Notes under the pieces: generated by a model | The model's input: only the letters and a program-made list of their open reading frames with translations | Databases searched by the model: none | Told to the model about the DNA's origin: nothing | Part shown: positions 1 to 9,085 of the stretch, piece after piece | Layout of the letters: every line of letters begins with the position of its first letter | Position numbering within the stretch: the stretch's first letter is position 1 | Source: Vicinamibacterales bacterium | GTDB lineage: Bacteria > Acidobacteriota > Vicinamibacteria > Vicinamibacterales > UBA8438 | Length of the DNA: 64,000 bases | Direction: 5' to 3' | Assembly (NCBI GenBank): GCA_965222905.1 | Contig: OZ244976.1 | Span: 7,056,020 to 7,120,019 of the forward strand | Made by a program: the position numbers and the translations under genes

Positions 1-948
1 ACAACCGTCGGCGACTGGGCGAAGCTGCCGGATGGCCGTGAATGGGGCTCGACCGGCGGGGTCGACATGGACCGGGACGGGCGTCACGTCTGGGTTGCGG
101 AGCGCTGCGGCGGCAACTCCTGCGCCGGGGTCGACCTCGACCCGGTCCTGAAGTTCGACCCTGAGGGCAACCTCGTCACCAGCTTCGGGGCCGGGCTCAT
201 GATCCAGCCGCACGGACTGCACGTCGATCCGGAGGGCAACGTCTGGGTCACCGACGCGCAGGGCCCCGACGGCGCGAATCCCCACCGCGAGGGGAAGGGC
301 CACGTGGCGATGAAGTTCAGCCCGGAGGGCGAGCTGCTGATGACGCTCGGCACGCCCGGCGTGGGCGCCGCCGGCCAGGACACTCTCGACCAGCCGTGCG
401 ATGTCGTCGTCGCGAACGACGGCACGATCTACGTGGCCGACGGTCACGGCGGCCAGCAACCCGGCGCCGGGCCGCACACGACGGCGCGCGTCGTCAAGTT
501 CGCACCCGATGGGACCTACCTGGCGGAATGGGGCTCGCACGGCAACGGGCCGGGCCAGTTCCGCACGCCGCACGCCATCGATCTCGACTCGCGGGGCCGC
601 GTGGTGGTCGCCGACCGCGGCAACGACCGGCTGCAGGTCTTCGACCCGGACGGCGCGTTCATCGAGGAGTTCCACCAGTACAGCCGGCCGAGCGGTCTGC
701 ACATCGCCGACGACGATACGGTCTACGTCGCCGACTCGGCTTCGTCCCGCGGCGGCCAGCACCCCGGCTGGGAGTACGGCATCCGCGTCGGCAACCTCCG
801 GGACGGATCGCTGGACTGGTTCATCGACGGGTCGAACCCCGAGGGGGTGACCGTCGCTGCCGACGGGACGGTGTACGGCGCCGTCGTGGCGTTCGGAGGC
901 GCCCTCCTCAAGTACGCGCGGCCGGATGCGCCGGGCAACCGACGGTGA
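1..948 (+). CDS. NHL-repeat six-bladed beta-propeller protein (5' end runs off the window)
   Basis: ORF 67..948 stays open in the same frame back to base 1. It has repeated NHL-like blades (PHGLHVDPEGNVWVTD, IYVADGHGG, VVVADRGNDRLQVFDPDG, VYVADSASS) and strong GC3 bias. Confidence 0.7.
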   Translation, partial: TTVGDWAKLPDGREWGSTGGVDMDRDGRHVWVAERCGGNSCAGVDLDPVLKFDPEGNLVTSFGAGLMIQPHGLHVDPEGNVWVTDAQGPDGANPHREGKGHVAMKFSPEGELLMTLGTPGVGAAGQDTLDQPCDVVVANDGTIYVADGHGGQQPGAGPHTTARVVKFAPDGTYLAEWGSHGNGPGQFRTPHAIDLDSRGRVVVADRGNDRLQVFDPDGAFIEEFHQYSRPSGLHIADDDTVYVADSASSRGGQHPGWEYGIRVGNLRDGSLDWFIDGSNPEGVTVAADGTVYGAVVAFGGALLKYARPDAPGNRR

Positions 949-974
949 GCGCGCCGTCAGCCGGTGAGCCTGCC

Positions 975-1380
975 ATGAACGACGGACTTCCGGTCGGTCC
1001 GCTGGTGGCTGAACCTTCTCCCTGCGAGCTGCCGGACGCGCAACCGCTCGAAGGAAGGACCATCCGCCTGGAGCGGCCCGACGCCGCGCGGGACGCCGCT
1101 CCCCTGTTCGACGCGACCCACGGCGAGGACGCCGACCCAGGTCAGTGGACCTACATGGCGTACGGCCCGTTCGAGAGCGCGGACGCCATGCGCTCGGTGA
1201 TGGAGAGCCTCGTCGAGGGCTCGACGGATCCGCAATGGTGGCTCGTCCGCGAGCTGTCTTCGGGGGCCCCGGTAGGCTTGGCGGCGTTCATGAACATGGT
1301 CCCCGATCATCGCCGGCTGGAACTGGGACACATCTGGTACTCGCCCGCGGCACAGAGAACCGCGGTGAACACGGAGACCA
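975..1380 (+). pseudogene. GNAT (RimJ/RimL-type) N-acetyltransferase, 3'-truncated
   Basis: ATG at 975 lies inside track ORF 396..1553. MNDGLPVGP...IRLERPDAARDAAPLFDATHG...WTYMAYGPF...LELGHIWYSPAAQRTAVNTE is a typical GNAT N-half. Similarity stops abruptly after AVNTE (about 1380) and the expected acetyl-CoA-binding half is absent. Confidence 0.55.
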
Positions 1381-1516
1381 GGAAGAACTCGACGGGGTGC
1401 GCTGAACCGCCAATGATTGCAGGTGTATTCCGGCCGCAGGCCGCGAGCCGTTACCACGTTCACGCCCACGTATGGCGTATTAAACGTCAGCCGACAACGG
1501 GCAACGCCGAGCAACC

Positions 1517-1660
1517 TCAGAGCCCGGCCGCGGTCAGCCGCCGGACGATCTGAACTGGCGTGCAGTCGTCGCCGTGGCACTCGGCGAACCCCGCGCAGAT
1601 CACGTCCGTTCCCGGCCAGCCCTCGGAGTGACACGCGCGGGCGCCCCAGGATTGTAGTCG
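1517..1660 (-). CDS. C-terminal fragment of an unidentified Cys/His-rich protein (high GC3)
   Basis: Frame of ORF 1517..1705 reads WGARACHSEGWPGTDVICAGFAECHGDDCTPVQIVRRLTAAGL* with a strong GC3 signal. No recognisable N-terminus; it abuts the low-GC cassette end at 1662. Confidence 0.25.
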   Translation of the reverse strand, partial: RLQSWGARACHSEGWPGTDVICAGFAECHGDDCTPVQIVRRLTAAGL

Positions 1661-1661
1661 C

Positions 1662-1781
1662 TCATCCAAACAGGTCCTTGTACAGGACCTTTTGCGCGTA
1701 GTCAAACAACTGTGTATCTAGCACGAATGTTTCCGTCCCGTCCGCGGACACACCCGCGTATATCAACTCCCGATTCACTAG
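1662..1781 (-). pseudogene. 3' segment of SieB-like membrane protein gene (cassette gene B), separated from its 5' part by the IS1634-like copy 1
   Basis: Minus-strand reading from 1781 gives (L)VNRELIYAGVSADGTETFVLDTQLFDYAQKVLYKDLFG* with TGA at 1662..1664. It joins in frame to 3873..4262 once the IS and one CTAR copy are removed. Composition is lower-GC, like the 5' part. Confidence 0.55.
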
Positions 1782-3868
1782 CCCAAGTTTAACAGCCGCA
1801 GTACTAAGCAACGCGGAATCAGCAACTTACAGCGACAAAAGCGCTCGAGTGGCACTACAAACCTGCGCAAACCGGGAAATGGGTCGGTCAGATGGTTGTC
1901 TTGCGGACGCCTCCCGGTTGCGGGTCGACGCCGAGCGCGTCGTAGATGGCCCGCTGTTCGGGTTCGGCCTGCGTGGCGGTGCGCACGTGCAGGGTGCGCC
2001 CGTCGGGGCGCCGGAAGGTGGCGGTGACGCGCTGCTGGCCTTCGAGGATGCGGCGCAGGGTGGTCCAACTGGCGTGTTCGCCGTGGGCTCGCAGCCGGGT
2101 GCGGATGACCTGCACGAGCTGGTAGGCGATGACGGTGATGAACAGGTGGCCATCGGCCCGCTGCGGCTTGTGGTGGTAGATGGGGCGCAGGCCGAGTTCG
2201 GACTTCAGTGCACGGAAGACGGCTTCGACGTCGGTGAGGGTGGTGTAGGTGCGCCACAAGGCGTCTTCGTCCCAGTCGGTCTCGCTGCTGCGCAGGCAGT
2301 AGACGCCCGGATGGGTGGCCATCGAGCCGTCCTGGGGGCGACGGGTCCAGGTGACGGCGGCGGCCTTCTCGCCGGTCTGGTCGGGGGTGACCTCGATCTG
2401 GTAGTGCTTGGCGACGCGGGTATGCTTGGCTCTCAGTCGCCCAATGCGCTGCCAGACCTGTCCGAGGCGCTTGTGGGCGCGGGGGCGCGCCAGCCCCTCG
2501 TTGAGCGTGGTCAGCGCGGCCTCGAAGCGGGCGGCGGCCCGCTCAACGATGGCCCGCTCCTTGTGGGCCCGCTCTTCGGAGTAGCAGTACAGGCGGACCT
2601 CGCCGGGGTCGGTCGAGACGACCTTGTGCAGATGCACGGTGTGGTTCGACTGCGTGCGGACCGCCACGGCGGCCTCGGCGTCGAACTGCCGGTGGCGTTC
2701 ACGGCTGACGACCAGATAGCGGTAGCGGTTGTCGCGCAGCCACCCGATGGCGGCCTCGGTGGCGACGCCGCGGTCCATCACCACCAGGGCGCCGGCCGGC
2801 GCATCGAGTGCCTCCAGCATGCCGGCCAGGGTGCGGTGTTCCCGGACGTTGCCGGCGAAGACCTGCGAGCGGCGCACGAAGCCGCTGGCGTCGAGCATCA
2901 GGCCCAGGGTCAGCAGCGGACAGTCGCTGCGCTTCTCTTTCGAGTGCCCGCGCTTTGCCTGCGGCTGCGCGCCCGCCTCGCCTTCGAAATAGGTGTTGGT
3001 CAGGTCGTAGAGGGTCACCGTCGGCTGCAGGTCGAACAGTCCCATGGCCCGCTCGAACAGATGCGCCTCGATCGCCTCGCGGTGCTTCACCAGCGCATCC
3101 GAGGCGCGGTAGAGCTGCATCGGGCTGACGGTCTCGAAGTCGACGCCGAGCAACTCGCCGAGGCCGCTGCGTTCCTGCAGCCAGCGGTGCGTGGCGCGCT
3201 CCGAGGCCGGCTGGGCCAGGCGTCCGACGACGGCGCCGGTCGCCGCGGTGCGCAACGCGCCGTTGACGCCCAACTCGGTCAGCAGGGCCGGCAGGCCCAA
3301 TTGCTCCAGGGCCCACAGGCCGACCTGCTTGACGCCGACGCTGCGGGGGCGGACCAGGCGCAACGAGTCGACGTCGACCGGCTGCACGTCTGTCGGCCCG
3401 GCTGCCGGTCCCTGCACCGGTGTGCCGCGGGCGACCAACTGTGCGGCTATGCGCTGCGCTTCGCGTTCGACGGCGGCCGGGCAATCGGCCACCAGGGGCG
3501 TCTGGCCGGCCAGGATGTCGTCGCTGCGGGAGCAGACCAGCGGCCATTGCGCCTGGGGAATGTCGAAGTGGCGTCCGAGATTGAGCAGGGTGCGCTGGCG
3601 GACGGCGTTGCCGATGCGCTCGGAGTGGACGAGGCGATGCGAGAAGTAGGGCTGTCCGTCGGCGGTCCGCCGGGTTTGGGTGCGGCGAATGAACACACGC
3701 CCACGATAGCGGGTGCACGTCCCCAGAAGCAACAACCACTCACACGATTATGGCACTACATTCAGTACCGCCAACACCCGATCCTTTAGAATCAACAAGT
3801 TATGGGGATGCGATCCTCGAAATATCGCCTAAATCTACAAAATTGTCGGGAATCTTGCTAAAGATGGG
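1782..3868 (-). mobile_element. IS1634-family-like insertion sequence, copy 1 (2087 bp)
   Basis: Ends defined by where identity with copy 2 stops. Imperfect terminal IRs are CCCATCTTTAGCAAG / CCCAAGTTTAACAGC. Flanking tetranucleotides are CTAG (1778..1781) and TTAG (3869..3872). One 615-aa DDE transposase. Confidence 0.85.
1888..3735 (-). CDS. IS1634-family DDE transposase (intact, 615 aa)
   Basis: YDLTNTYFEGEAG...KRGHSKEKRSDCPLLTLGLMLDASGFV...FAGNVREHRTL...VVMDRG... is typical of IS1634/IS4-related transposases. An identical-length copy can be reconstructed at 53710..54441 plus 56490..57605. Confidence 0.85.
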   Translation of the reverse strand: MLLLGTCTRYRGRVFIRRTQTRRTADGQPYFSHRLVHSERIGNAVRQRTLLNLGRHFDIPQAQWPLVCSRSDDILAGQTPLVADCPAAVEREAQRIAAQLVARGTPVQGPAAGPTDVQPVDVDSLRLVRPRSVGVKQVGLWALEQLGLPALLTELGVNGALRTAATGAVVGRLAQPASERATHRWLQERSGLGELLGVDFETVSPMQLYRASDALVKHREAIEAHLFERAMGLFDLQPTVTLYDLTNTYFEGEAGAQPQAKRGHSKEKRSDCPLLTLGLMLDASGFVRRSQVFAGNVREHRTLAGMLEALDAPAGALVVMDRGVATEAAIGWLRDNRYRYLVVSRERHRQFDAEAAVAVRTQSNHTVHLHKVVSTDPGEVRLYCYSEERAHKERAIVERAAARFEAALTTLNEGLARPRAHKRLGQVWQRIGRLRAKHTRVAKHYQIEVTPDQTGEKAAAVTWTRRPQDGSMATHPGVYCLRSSETDWDEDALWRTYTTLTDVEAVFRALKSELGLRPIYHHKPQRADGHLFITVIAYQLVQVIRTRLRAHGEHASWTTLRRILEGQQRVTATFRRPDGRTLHVRTATQAEPEQRAIYDALGVDPQPGGVRKTTI

Positions 3869-3872
3869 TTAG

Positions 3873-4262
3873 TGACTCTATTCCGGCGCGCGAGAACGGC
3901 GCTAGATTAGTTTCTGACCATGTAATGACGCTGCCACCGTGCGAAACAAAGCCCTGTACAACGGCCCTCTCTTCGTGCCCGAGCTTGTCGAACAGCTCCT
4001 TGAGCTCGCGCTTGGTGCGGCTGCGTTCTCGTGACCTATTCCAGTAAGAGTGAGCCGCAGAGGCCAGAACCTTGACAATCGGGAATGTGATCATTGCCAC
4101 AAATCCGGCAACCGGCAAATCGTCCCCGTAGAGGTACATGGTTAATCCTGTACCACCTGCAGCGGCGATTGCGATGTTCGTCCCAAAGTCAGCTTCGCCG
4201 TAGATGCGCTCTATCCACTTATCCGGGTTCATGTCGGTCACCAGCTCAAACCATTCGGCCAC
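3873..4262 (-). pseudogene. 5' segment of SieB-like (superinfection-exclusion-like) membrane protein gene (cassette gene B)
   Basis: GTG start at 4262. Two hydrophobic helices (NIAIAAAGGTGLTMYLYG, LPVAGFVAMITFPIVKVLASAA) are followed by ELKELFDKLGHEERAVVQGFVSHGGSVITWSETN. The track ORF 3858..4262 only ends because it reads into the IS terminus. Confidence 0.5.
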
Positions 4263-4283
4263 GTTTCCCGAAGGCGACTATAT

Positions 4284-5701
4284 AGACGTCACCCGACGTC
4301 CGTAGCGCCTCCGCCGCGTGTCCCTTGCTTTTGCCTCATGAACAGGTTGACTCCGTCTAGTGCCAGCCGCACTCGTTTGCGATCGCTGACCTCGTCCCAT
4401 TCGCCGTGGGCAGCGTGGTTCCTTAGGACACTGCGCGAAACTAGTTTGCCATCTGCTGGGTTGCTGGTCATACTGGAGGTATGAAGCGAGACATCGAGCT
4501 GGAAGCGACCCTGGTTGCGAAGTATGCCGTGGTCGCGCCCGTGTTGGACGAGCGCAGTCGCCGCCGGTGGGCGGCGGCCGAGTCGCTCGCCATCGGCTAC
4601 GGCGGCGACGCGGTGGTTTCGTCGGCCACCGGTGTGGCTCGGGAGACGATTCGCAAGGGGCGCCGGGAGATTGCCCGCGACGAGGCGCCGACGGACCGCA
4701 TCCGACGCCCTGGCGGCGGACGGCCCCGCATCCAGCAGGATCAACCCGGCATCCAGGCCGCGCTCCAAGCGCTGGTGGATCCGCTCACGCGCGGCGACCC
4801 GACCTCGCCGCTGCGCTGGACGTGCAAGAGTCGCGCGAAGCTGGCGGCGGCGCTGACCGAGCAGGGGTGGCGGGTGAGTTCGACCACTGTGGGCCGGCTG
4901 CTGCACCGCCTGGGCTACCGGCTGCAATCGCCGCGCAAACGGCAGGAAGGCGCCACGCATCCGGACCGCAACGCGCAGTTCGAGCACATCAACCAGACCG
5001 CGGACGAGCATCTGACCGCCGGCCAGCCGGTGATCTCGGTCGACACGAAGAAGAAGGAGCTGGTCGGGAACTTCAAGAACGGCGGGCGGGAATGGCAGCC
5101 GAAGGGCACGCCGCCGGCGGTGCTGGTGCATGATTTCCCGACCGACGCCGAGGGCAAGGCGATTCCGTACGGCGTCTACGACATGGCGCGCAACGAAGCC
5201 TGGGTGAGCGTGGGCTGGGACCACGACACACCGGCCTTCGCGGTGGCGTCGATTCGACACTGGTGGCATCAGATGGGTTGCGGCGCCTACCCCGAGGCCA
5301 CGACCCTGTTCATCACGGCCGATGCGGGCGGGAGCAACGGGTATCGGTTGCGCGCCTGGAAGCATGAGCTTCAACAGTTGGCCGACGAGACCGGACTGAC
5401 CATCGAGGTGAGTCATTTTCCACCCGGCACCAGTAAGTGGAACAAGATCGAGCACCGGCTCTTCTGTCACATCACGGCGAACTGGCGCGGCACCCCGCTG
5501 ACGACGTATGAGACCATCGTCGACCGCATCGGGAACGTCCGGACGGCAACCGGGCTCCGGGTCCGGGCCGAACTCGACGCCGGGCAGTACCCCACGGGCG
5601 TTACGGTGACCAAGGAACAGATGGACGCACTCGCGCTGGTCCGCGATGAGTTTCACGGGGAATGGAATTACAAACTGTTACCCCGACCAAGTTGAAGACT
5701 T
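4284..5701 (+). mobile_element. ISAzo13-family insertion sequence (about 1418 bp)
   Basis: Flanked directly by an exact 5-bp direct repeat TATAT (4279..4283 and 5702..5706). Weak terminal IRs (AGACGTCA / AAGTCTTCA). A high-GC insert inside a lower-GC cassette. Confidence 0.7.
4481..5695 (+). CDS. ISAzo13-family transposase (DDE_Tnp_ISAZ013-like), 404 aa
   Basis: RRRWAAAESLAIGYGG...RIRRPGGGRP...LRWTCKS...HPDRNAQFEHIN...ISVDTKKKELVGNFKNGGREW...FITADAGGSNGYRLRAWK...VSHFPPGTSKWNKIEHRLF is the hallmark sequence of this family. Confidence 0.9.
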   Translation: MKRDIELEATLVAKYAVVAPVLDERSRRRWAAAESLAIGYGGDAVVSSATGVARETIRKGRREIARDEAPTDRIRRPGGGRPRIQQDQPGIQAALQALVDPLTRGDPTSPLRWTCKSRAKLAAALTEQGWRVSSTTVGRLLHRLGYRLQSPRKRQEGATHPDRNAQFEHINQTADEHLTAGQPVISVDTKKKELVGNFKNGGREWQPKGTPPAVLVHDFPTDAEGKAIPYGVYDMARNEAWVSVGWDHDTPAFAVASIRHWWHQMGCGAYPEATTLFITADAGGSNGYRLRAWKHELQQLADETGLTIEVSHFPPGTSKWNKIEHRLFCHITANWRGTPLTTYETIVDRIGNVRTATGLRVRAELDAGQYPTGVTVTKEQMDALALVRDEFHGEWNYKLLPRPS

Positions 5702-6250
5702 TATATCGATCACTGTCCTTACGCCAGCCCACGAGGTGATGTCCTTCACGTCCTGTTTAGAGATCAGCTCAGCGCCGCGCAGAGCCTTGCTGTAGGCGTC
5801 TATTCCAGGCTTCGACTTTCCGATAGACAAAGACTCTGCCTCGACCCACGTCCTCAGAAACTCCTCAAGGCAGGCGCCGATGAGTATCGCGGCGGCGGCT
5901 GGATGATACTTGGCGTCCTCAAGTAGCGAATTGGCTTGTCCCAAGAGATCGGAAACGACGTCCAACTGCGCCTGTCGCTCGGGCGATACTCCCGTCGTTA
6001 GGCCAGCCTGAAGGTACTCGATGAACGAATCCAGGGCCGAAACAAGCGTCGCAACCATATAGCTTGCGTTCCCTGGAGCAGCCTCAGCCAGTTTCAGGAA
6101 AGCACTCTTGGGGCCGGCATAGTTCCGAAGGAACTCGCAAACCTGGGCCTGGGCGGCCCATCCGTGGTTGCCATCCCCTTCACGCTGCGCGTACCCGCGA
6201 ATACGTGCTTGCAGGCTTCCGGCTTCTCGGATGATCTCTTCTGTGTCCAT
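5702..6250 (-). pseudogene. Cassette gene A: unknown protein with DUF4145/HEPN-like layout, 3' end displaced by the ISAzo13 insertion
   Basis: Track ORF 5678..6250; GGAGG sits 8 nt upstream of the ATG at 6250. The C-terminal part HPAAAAILIGACLEEFL...IDAYSKALRGAELISKQDVKDITSWAGVR resembles DUF4145/HEPN architecture, but no R-x4-6-H motif is seen. Removing the IS and one TATAT copy restores ...VIDIVAFGKRGRMV*, which overlaps the gene B start. Confidence 0.45.
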
Positions 6251-6257
6251 ATGCCTG

Positions 6258-6280
6258 CCTCCAGAGTCCGCCTCTGGAGG
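6258..6280. promoter_or_regulatory. 9-bp stem hairpin (CCTCCAGAG-tccgc-CTCTGGAGG) overlapping the gene A Shine-Dalgarno
   Basis: Read directly from the sequence. It lies between the stop of the Cys-rich ORF (6333) and the gene A start (6250). On the minus strand the 3' arm contains the GGAGG ribosome-binding site. Confidence 0.3.
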
Positions 6281-6332
6281 ACGAACGCCAGGATCCTAGC
6301 GCATGCGGGCCGGGGGCGGTCGGCGAACGGCC

Positions 6333-6860
6333 CTACGACGAATCCGCGCGGGCCGCCCGCCGCGTCCGATACGCCGCCGTAGAGTCCGCCGCGCGGCGCC
6401 GGCAGCGGGCGCACAGCTTCCGGTCGGCTGGACGGTCGCGCTCGCCGCCGCATTCGGGACACCGCCCGGCCGCGGTCCGCCGTTGGCGCCGCTCGGCGAG
6501 GTAGTCCCGGTGCGCTTGCTGCCCGGTAGCGAGAACGCCCGGATGGGCCAGCCGGTAGCGTTGCGTGGTGTCCGCCAGGCGCCGCCGGCAGCGTTTGCAA
6601 TTCACTCGGTCGGCTCGGTCCCGGCGCCGTCCGCAGTTGCACAGTCCGACCGCGCGGTACCGTTCACGGGCGCCGGGCGTGCCGGGCGGGAGCGGTAGCC
6701 GGCGCGGATTGTAAACGCTGGCATAGTCGGGCAGCCGCTCCGGGCGGGCGATGCAGATGCGGCAGATCCACGCGGGGCCGGCGATGCCGGGGCGGGCGCC
6801 GCACCGCGTACACCATGAGCCGTTCGGTAGCCGCTCCGGCCGCTCGACAATAGCGATCAT
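6333..6860 (-). CDS. Cys-rich multi-zinc-ribbon protein (phage-associated, function unknown)
   Basis: Probable start MIAIVERPE at 6860 within track ORF 6333..6965. Repeated CxxC pairs (CTRCG, CRIC, CNCG, CKRC, CPECG, CARC). Lies directly downstream of the portal gene. Confidence 0.4.
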   Translation of the reverse strand: MIAIVERPERLPNGSWCTRCGARPGIAGPAWICRICIARPERLPDYASVYNPRRLPLPPGTPGARERYRAVGLCNCGRRRDRADRVNCKRCRRRLADTTQRYRLAHPGVLATGQQAHRDYLAERRQRRTAAGRCPECGGERDRPADRKLCARCRRRAADSTAAYRTRRAARADSS

Positions 6861-6989
6861 CGGCGAGCCTTTCGCCGGCAGCGTGCACAGCGGGCGTGAC
6901 CGTCGGTCGTCGGTCTCGGGCAGTCGATGCACAACCCGGCCGCCTTGCGGCGAGCCCGGAAGCAATCGTCGGACAGCCGATCCAGGTCG

Positions 6990-8103
6990 TCAGCCATCGG
7001 CCCAACCCGTGAGCAGCATTGCATCGTCGGTGGATACGCCTGCTTTCGACAGGGCGCCCACGGCGCGCGCTCGAGCCGCCAAGTCCGCCATCCCGGACGG
7101 CCGGCCGTACGCGAGACTCACGGGCCGCTCGAGCACGCACGACAGTTCTTCCGCGATGACGGCGCCGAGCGGCTGAATCGTCATCGTCCACAGACGGCGG
7201 GCTGCTTCCCGCGCGGCGGTCCCGTCGGTCAGTCCGCCCGGTCCGAGCGGCGCCGGGACACCGAAGCACGCCAGCACCGAATCCTCTACATGCCGGCGAA
7301 GCTGGATCAGAGCTTGCGGCGGATCGGCGCCGAGCCGTTGCGGTTCGAAGTCTCGCCGCGGCGGTCTGGCGTTCGGATCGCCGTTCCAGTTGTCGGCCGT
7401 GGTCTCGGGTAGCAGGGTGCGGCCCTTGGCGGTACGGATCACTTCCGCCAGGTTGTCGGACGGCAGCGGATCATCCTGCGGTAGCGGTTCGCCGTCGTCG
7501 CCGGTCTCGGTCGGCGGCTGGCCGTTGAATCCCGCCGGCAGCGTAATCAGGTTCGCCACGGCGCCGCCGGCCTCAAACCCGAGCGACTGCTCAAGGCTCG
7601 CCGTCAAGGTGCCCGTCAGGGCAGCGTATTGCAGCGGCGAGATACCGCGGGCCGGGCTGTGCGTCTCGGTCGCGTAGCGGACGTGGACAACACTCGACGC
7701 GGGCGCCGTCACGGTTCGTGTGGTGCGCGGTCCCGTGACGGTCAGTCGATACCACCAATCCGCCGGATCGGGACCGTCGCCCCACACGTCCGTTGTCGTG
7801 GCCCGTAGCAGCCGCATACCGCCCCGTGGCGCCACGTCAAGCAGGTAGACGGCCTGACCTGACCATGCCGGGCCAGGGCGCGGCCGGTCTCGGCCAGCCA
7901 GCGCGGCCCTACAGGGACGCCGTGCACCGCGGCCGTGCACAGTGAACGCGCCCACAGTCCCGCGGCGGTTCGACGGCGCCGGCGGCCCACGTCTGCGCCG
8001 TCGACGTACCAACCGCGGCCGTGAGCAGGTTGATCGCCAGCGATGTTGCGTCCGTGCGAATCTCGGGACGGCGCGGCGGCTGGCCGATGCCCAATTCGAT
8101 CAT
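6990..8103 (-). pseudogene. Phage portal protein (HK97/GTA-type), N-terminal third broken by several frameshifts
   Basis: The C-terminal 270 aa are intact in ORF 6990..8012 (LLRATTTDVWGDGPDPADWWYRLTVTGP...VVHVRYA...ACFGVPAPLGPGG...RRLWTMTIQP). The N-terminal pieces lie in two other frames: MIELGIGQ... from the ATG at 8103, and TAAGLWARS...RWLAETGRALARHGQ in ORF 7742..7990. Confidence 0.75.
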
Positions 8104-8445
8104 GCGGTCCGCCTCACGTACGGCGCCAGCAACGCGGCGGCGCCCGACTGACGGACCGCGCCCCGCGGCTGCCGGCGACAAGTCCATCTGCACGCCACCG
8201 ACTTTCACGCGGCCGGACTGCGCGCCGAACGTCCGCCGGTCCTGCACGTGCCCGGCAGTCCGGATCACCGCCTCGTCTCGCACCGCGGCCGGGCAGTCGG
8301 TACCGCCCCGCAGGTAGGCGTCCACCAGCGGGCCGGCGATGGCGAGCAGCCGCGTAGCTTCCACGATGCCGGTGTCCGTGTCGTCGGCCGCATCGGCTAC
8401 GGTGATGCCAAGCGCCGCGGCGAGCGTTGCGGCCGTTGCAGCCAT
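8102..8445 (-). pseudogene. Head-tail adaptor/connector (gp6-like), frameshifted near the 3' end
   Basis: MAATAATLAAALGI...PAAVRDEAVIRTAGHVQD (ORF 7909..8445). The expected C-terminus AVRQSGAAALLAPYVRRTA* is in another frame, and its TGA overlaps the portal ATG as ATGA at 8100..8103. Confidence 0.45.
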
Positions 8446-8951
8446 CGCAGGATGCCGCGTAGGGGCGGGCGGTCAGGGGCGCCGGTACGGACTTCGACCG
8501 ACGTGCTCGGGTAGGACGGATCGTCGGTCAGGGCCGCACCGTCTAGGCGCGCCTCAGTGACGACTCGGCGCCCGCCCTGGCGATGCTCGCGCAGGCTGTG
8601 AAACTCGACACTGAGTCCGCTGTAGACGGGCGATTCGGCGCGCATCAATTCGGCCAGGTCTCGCGCGGCGGTCGTGTTCGGGAGCGGGCTGTCGATGCGA
8701 ACCTCGTCACCGTCGACCGTCGGCACGGCGCGCAGGATGGGCGGCTGCACGCTGCCGCGGGCCGGGCTGCTCGCGTGCTCAAGGTCGATCCGGATGCCGT
8801 TGTCAGGCCAGCGCAGGGCGCCGGGTGCGAAGACTTCCCCGCCGTGCTGGCCCGGCGAGCCGTAGCGCATCAATGTCCCGGTCAGACGTCCCGGCGAGTC
8901 GCCGGCACCGTCGCGTAATTCAACAGCTGCGTGGAATCGTGTCGTCTTCAT
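8397..8951 (-). CDS. HK97-family prohead (head maturation) protease
   Basis: MKTTRFHAAVELRD...GRLTGTLMRYG...EVFAPGALRW...IRIDLEHASSPARG...GLSVEF fits the Peptidase_S78 pattern. AAGGAA RBS sits upstream of the ATG at 8951 (track ORF 8397..8996). Confidence 0.7.
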   Translation of the reverse strand: MKTTRFHAAVELRDGAGDSPGRLTGTLMRYGSPGQHGGEVFAPGALRWPDNGIRIDLEHASSPARGSVQPPILRAVPTVDGDEVRIDSPLPNTTAARDLAELMRAESPVYSGLSVEFHSLREHRQGGRRVVTEARLDGAALTDDPSYPSTSVEVRTGAPDRPPLRGILRWLQRPQRSPRRLASP

Positions 8952-9085
8952 ACTCGGTTCCTTTTCGGCTCGGGCGGGGGCGCGCGGAATGGACAAACAC
9001 GCACCGCCCGCCTCCTACCTCGCCTCCTACCCGCGGCCCCTGGTACAAAAGCCACGGGCGCCGACGTGCTATCGACACGACCTTG

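Noticed and set aside
396-1553. Track ORF of 385 aa that could be read as a single gene.
   Set aside because: Its first 190 codons overlap the NHL-repeat gene out of frame and are Arg-rich noise. Only the part from the ATG at 975 to about 1380 looks like a real (truncated) GNAT gene.
1849-3789. Very long ORFs antisense to confident genes. Examples: 1849..3789, 4289..5656, 10701..12482, 14024..15781, 24420..25940, 27151..29073, 29178..31526, 51143..52711, 56415..57644 and 59569..62181.
   Set aside because: They mirror well-supported genes on the other strand and translate to Arg/Ala/Gly/Pro-rich low-complexity sequence. They also lack the GC3 pattern of the sense frame. These are the typical shadow ORFs of high-GC DNA.
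5702-6250. Calling gene A a HEPN ribonuclease toxin.
   Set aside because: The helical layout is suggestive, but the reconstructed C-terminus (VRTVIDIVAFGKRG) lacks the R-x4-6-H catalytic motif. It is kept as an unknown protein.
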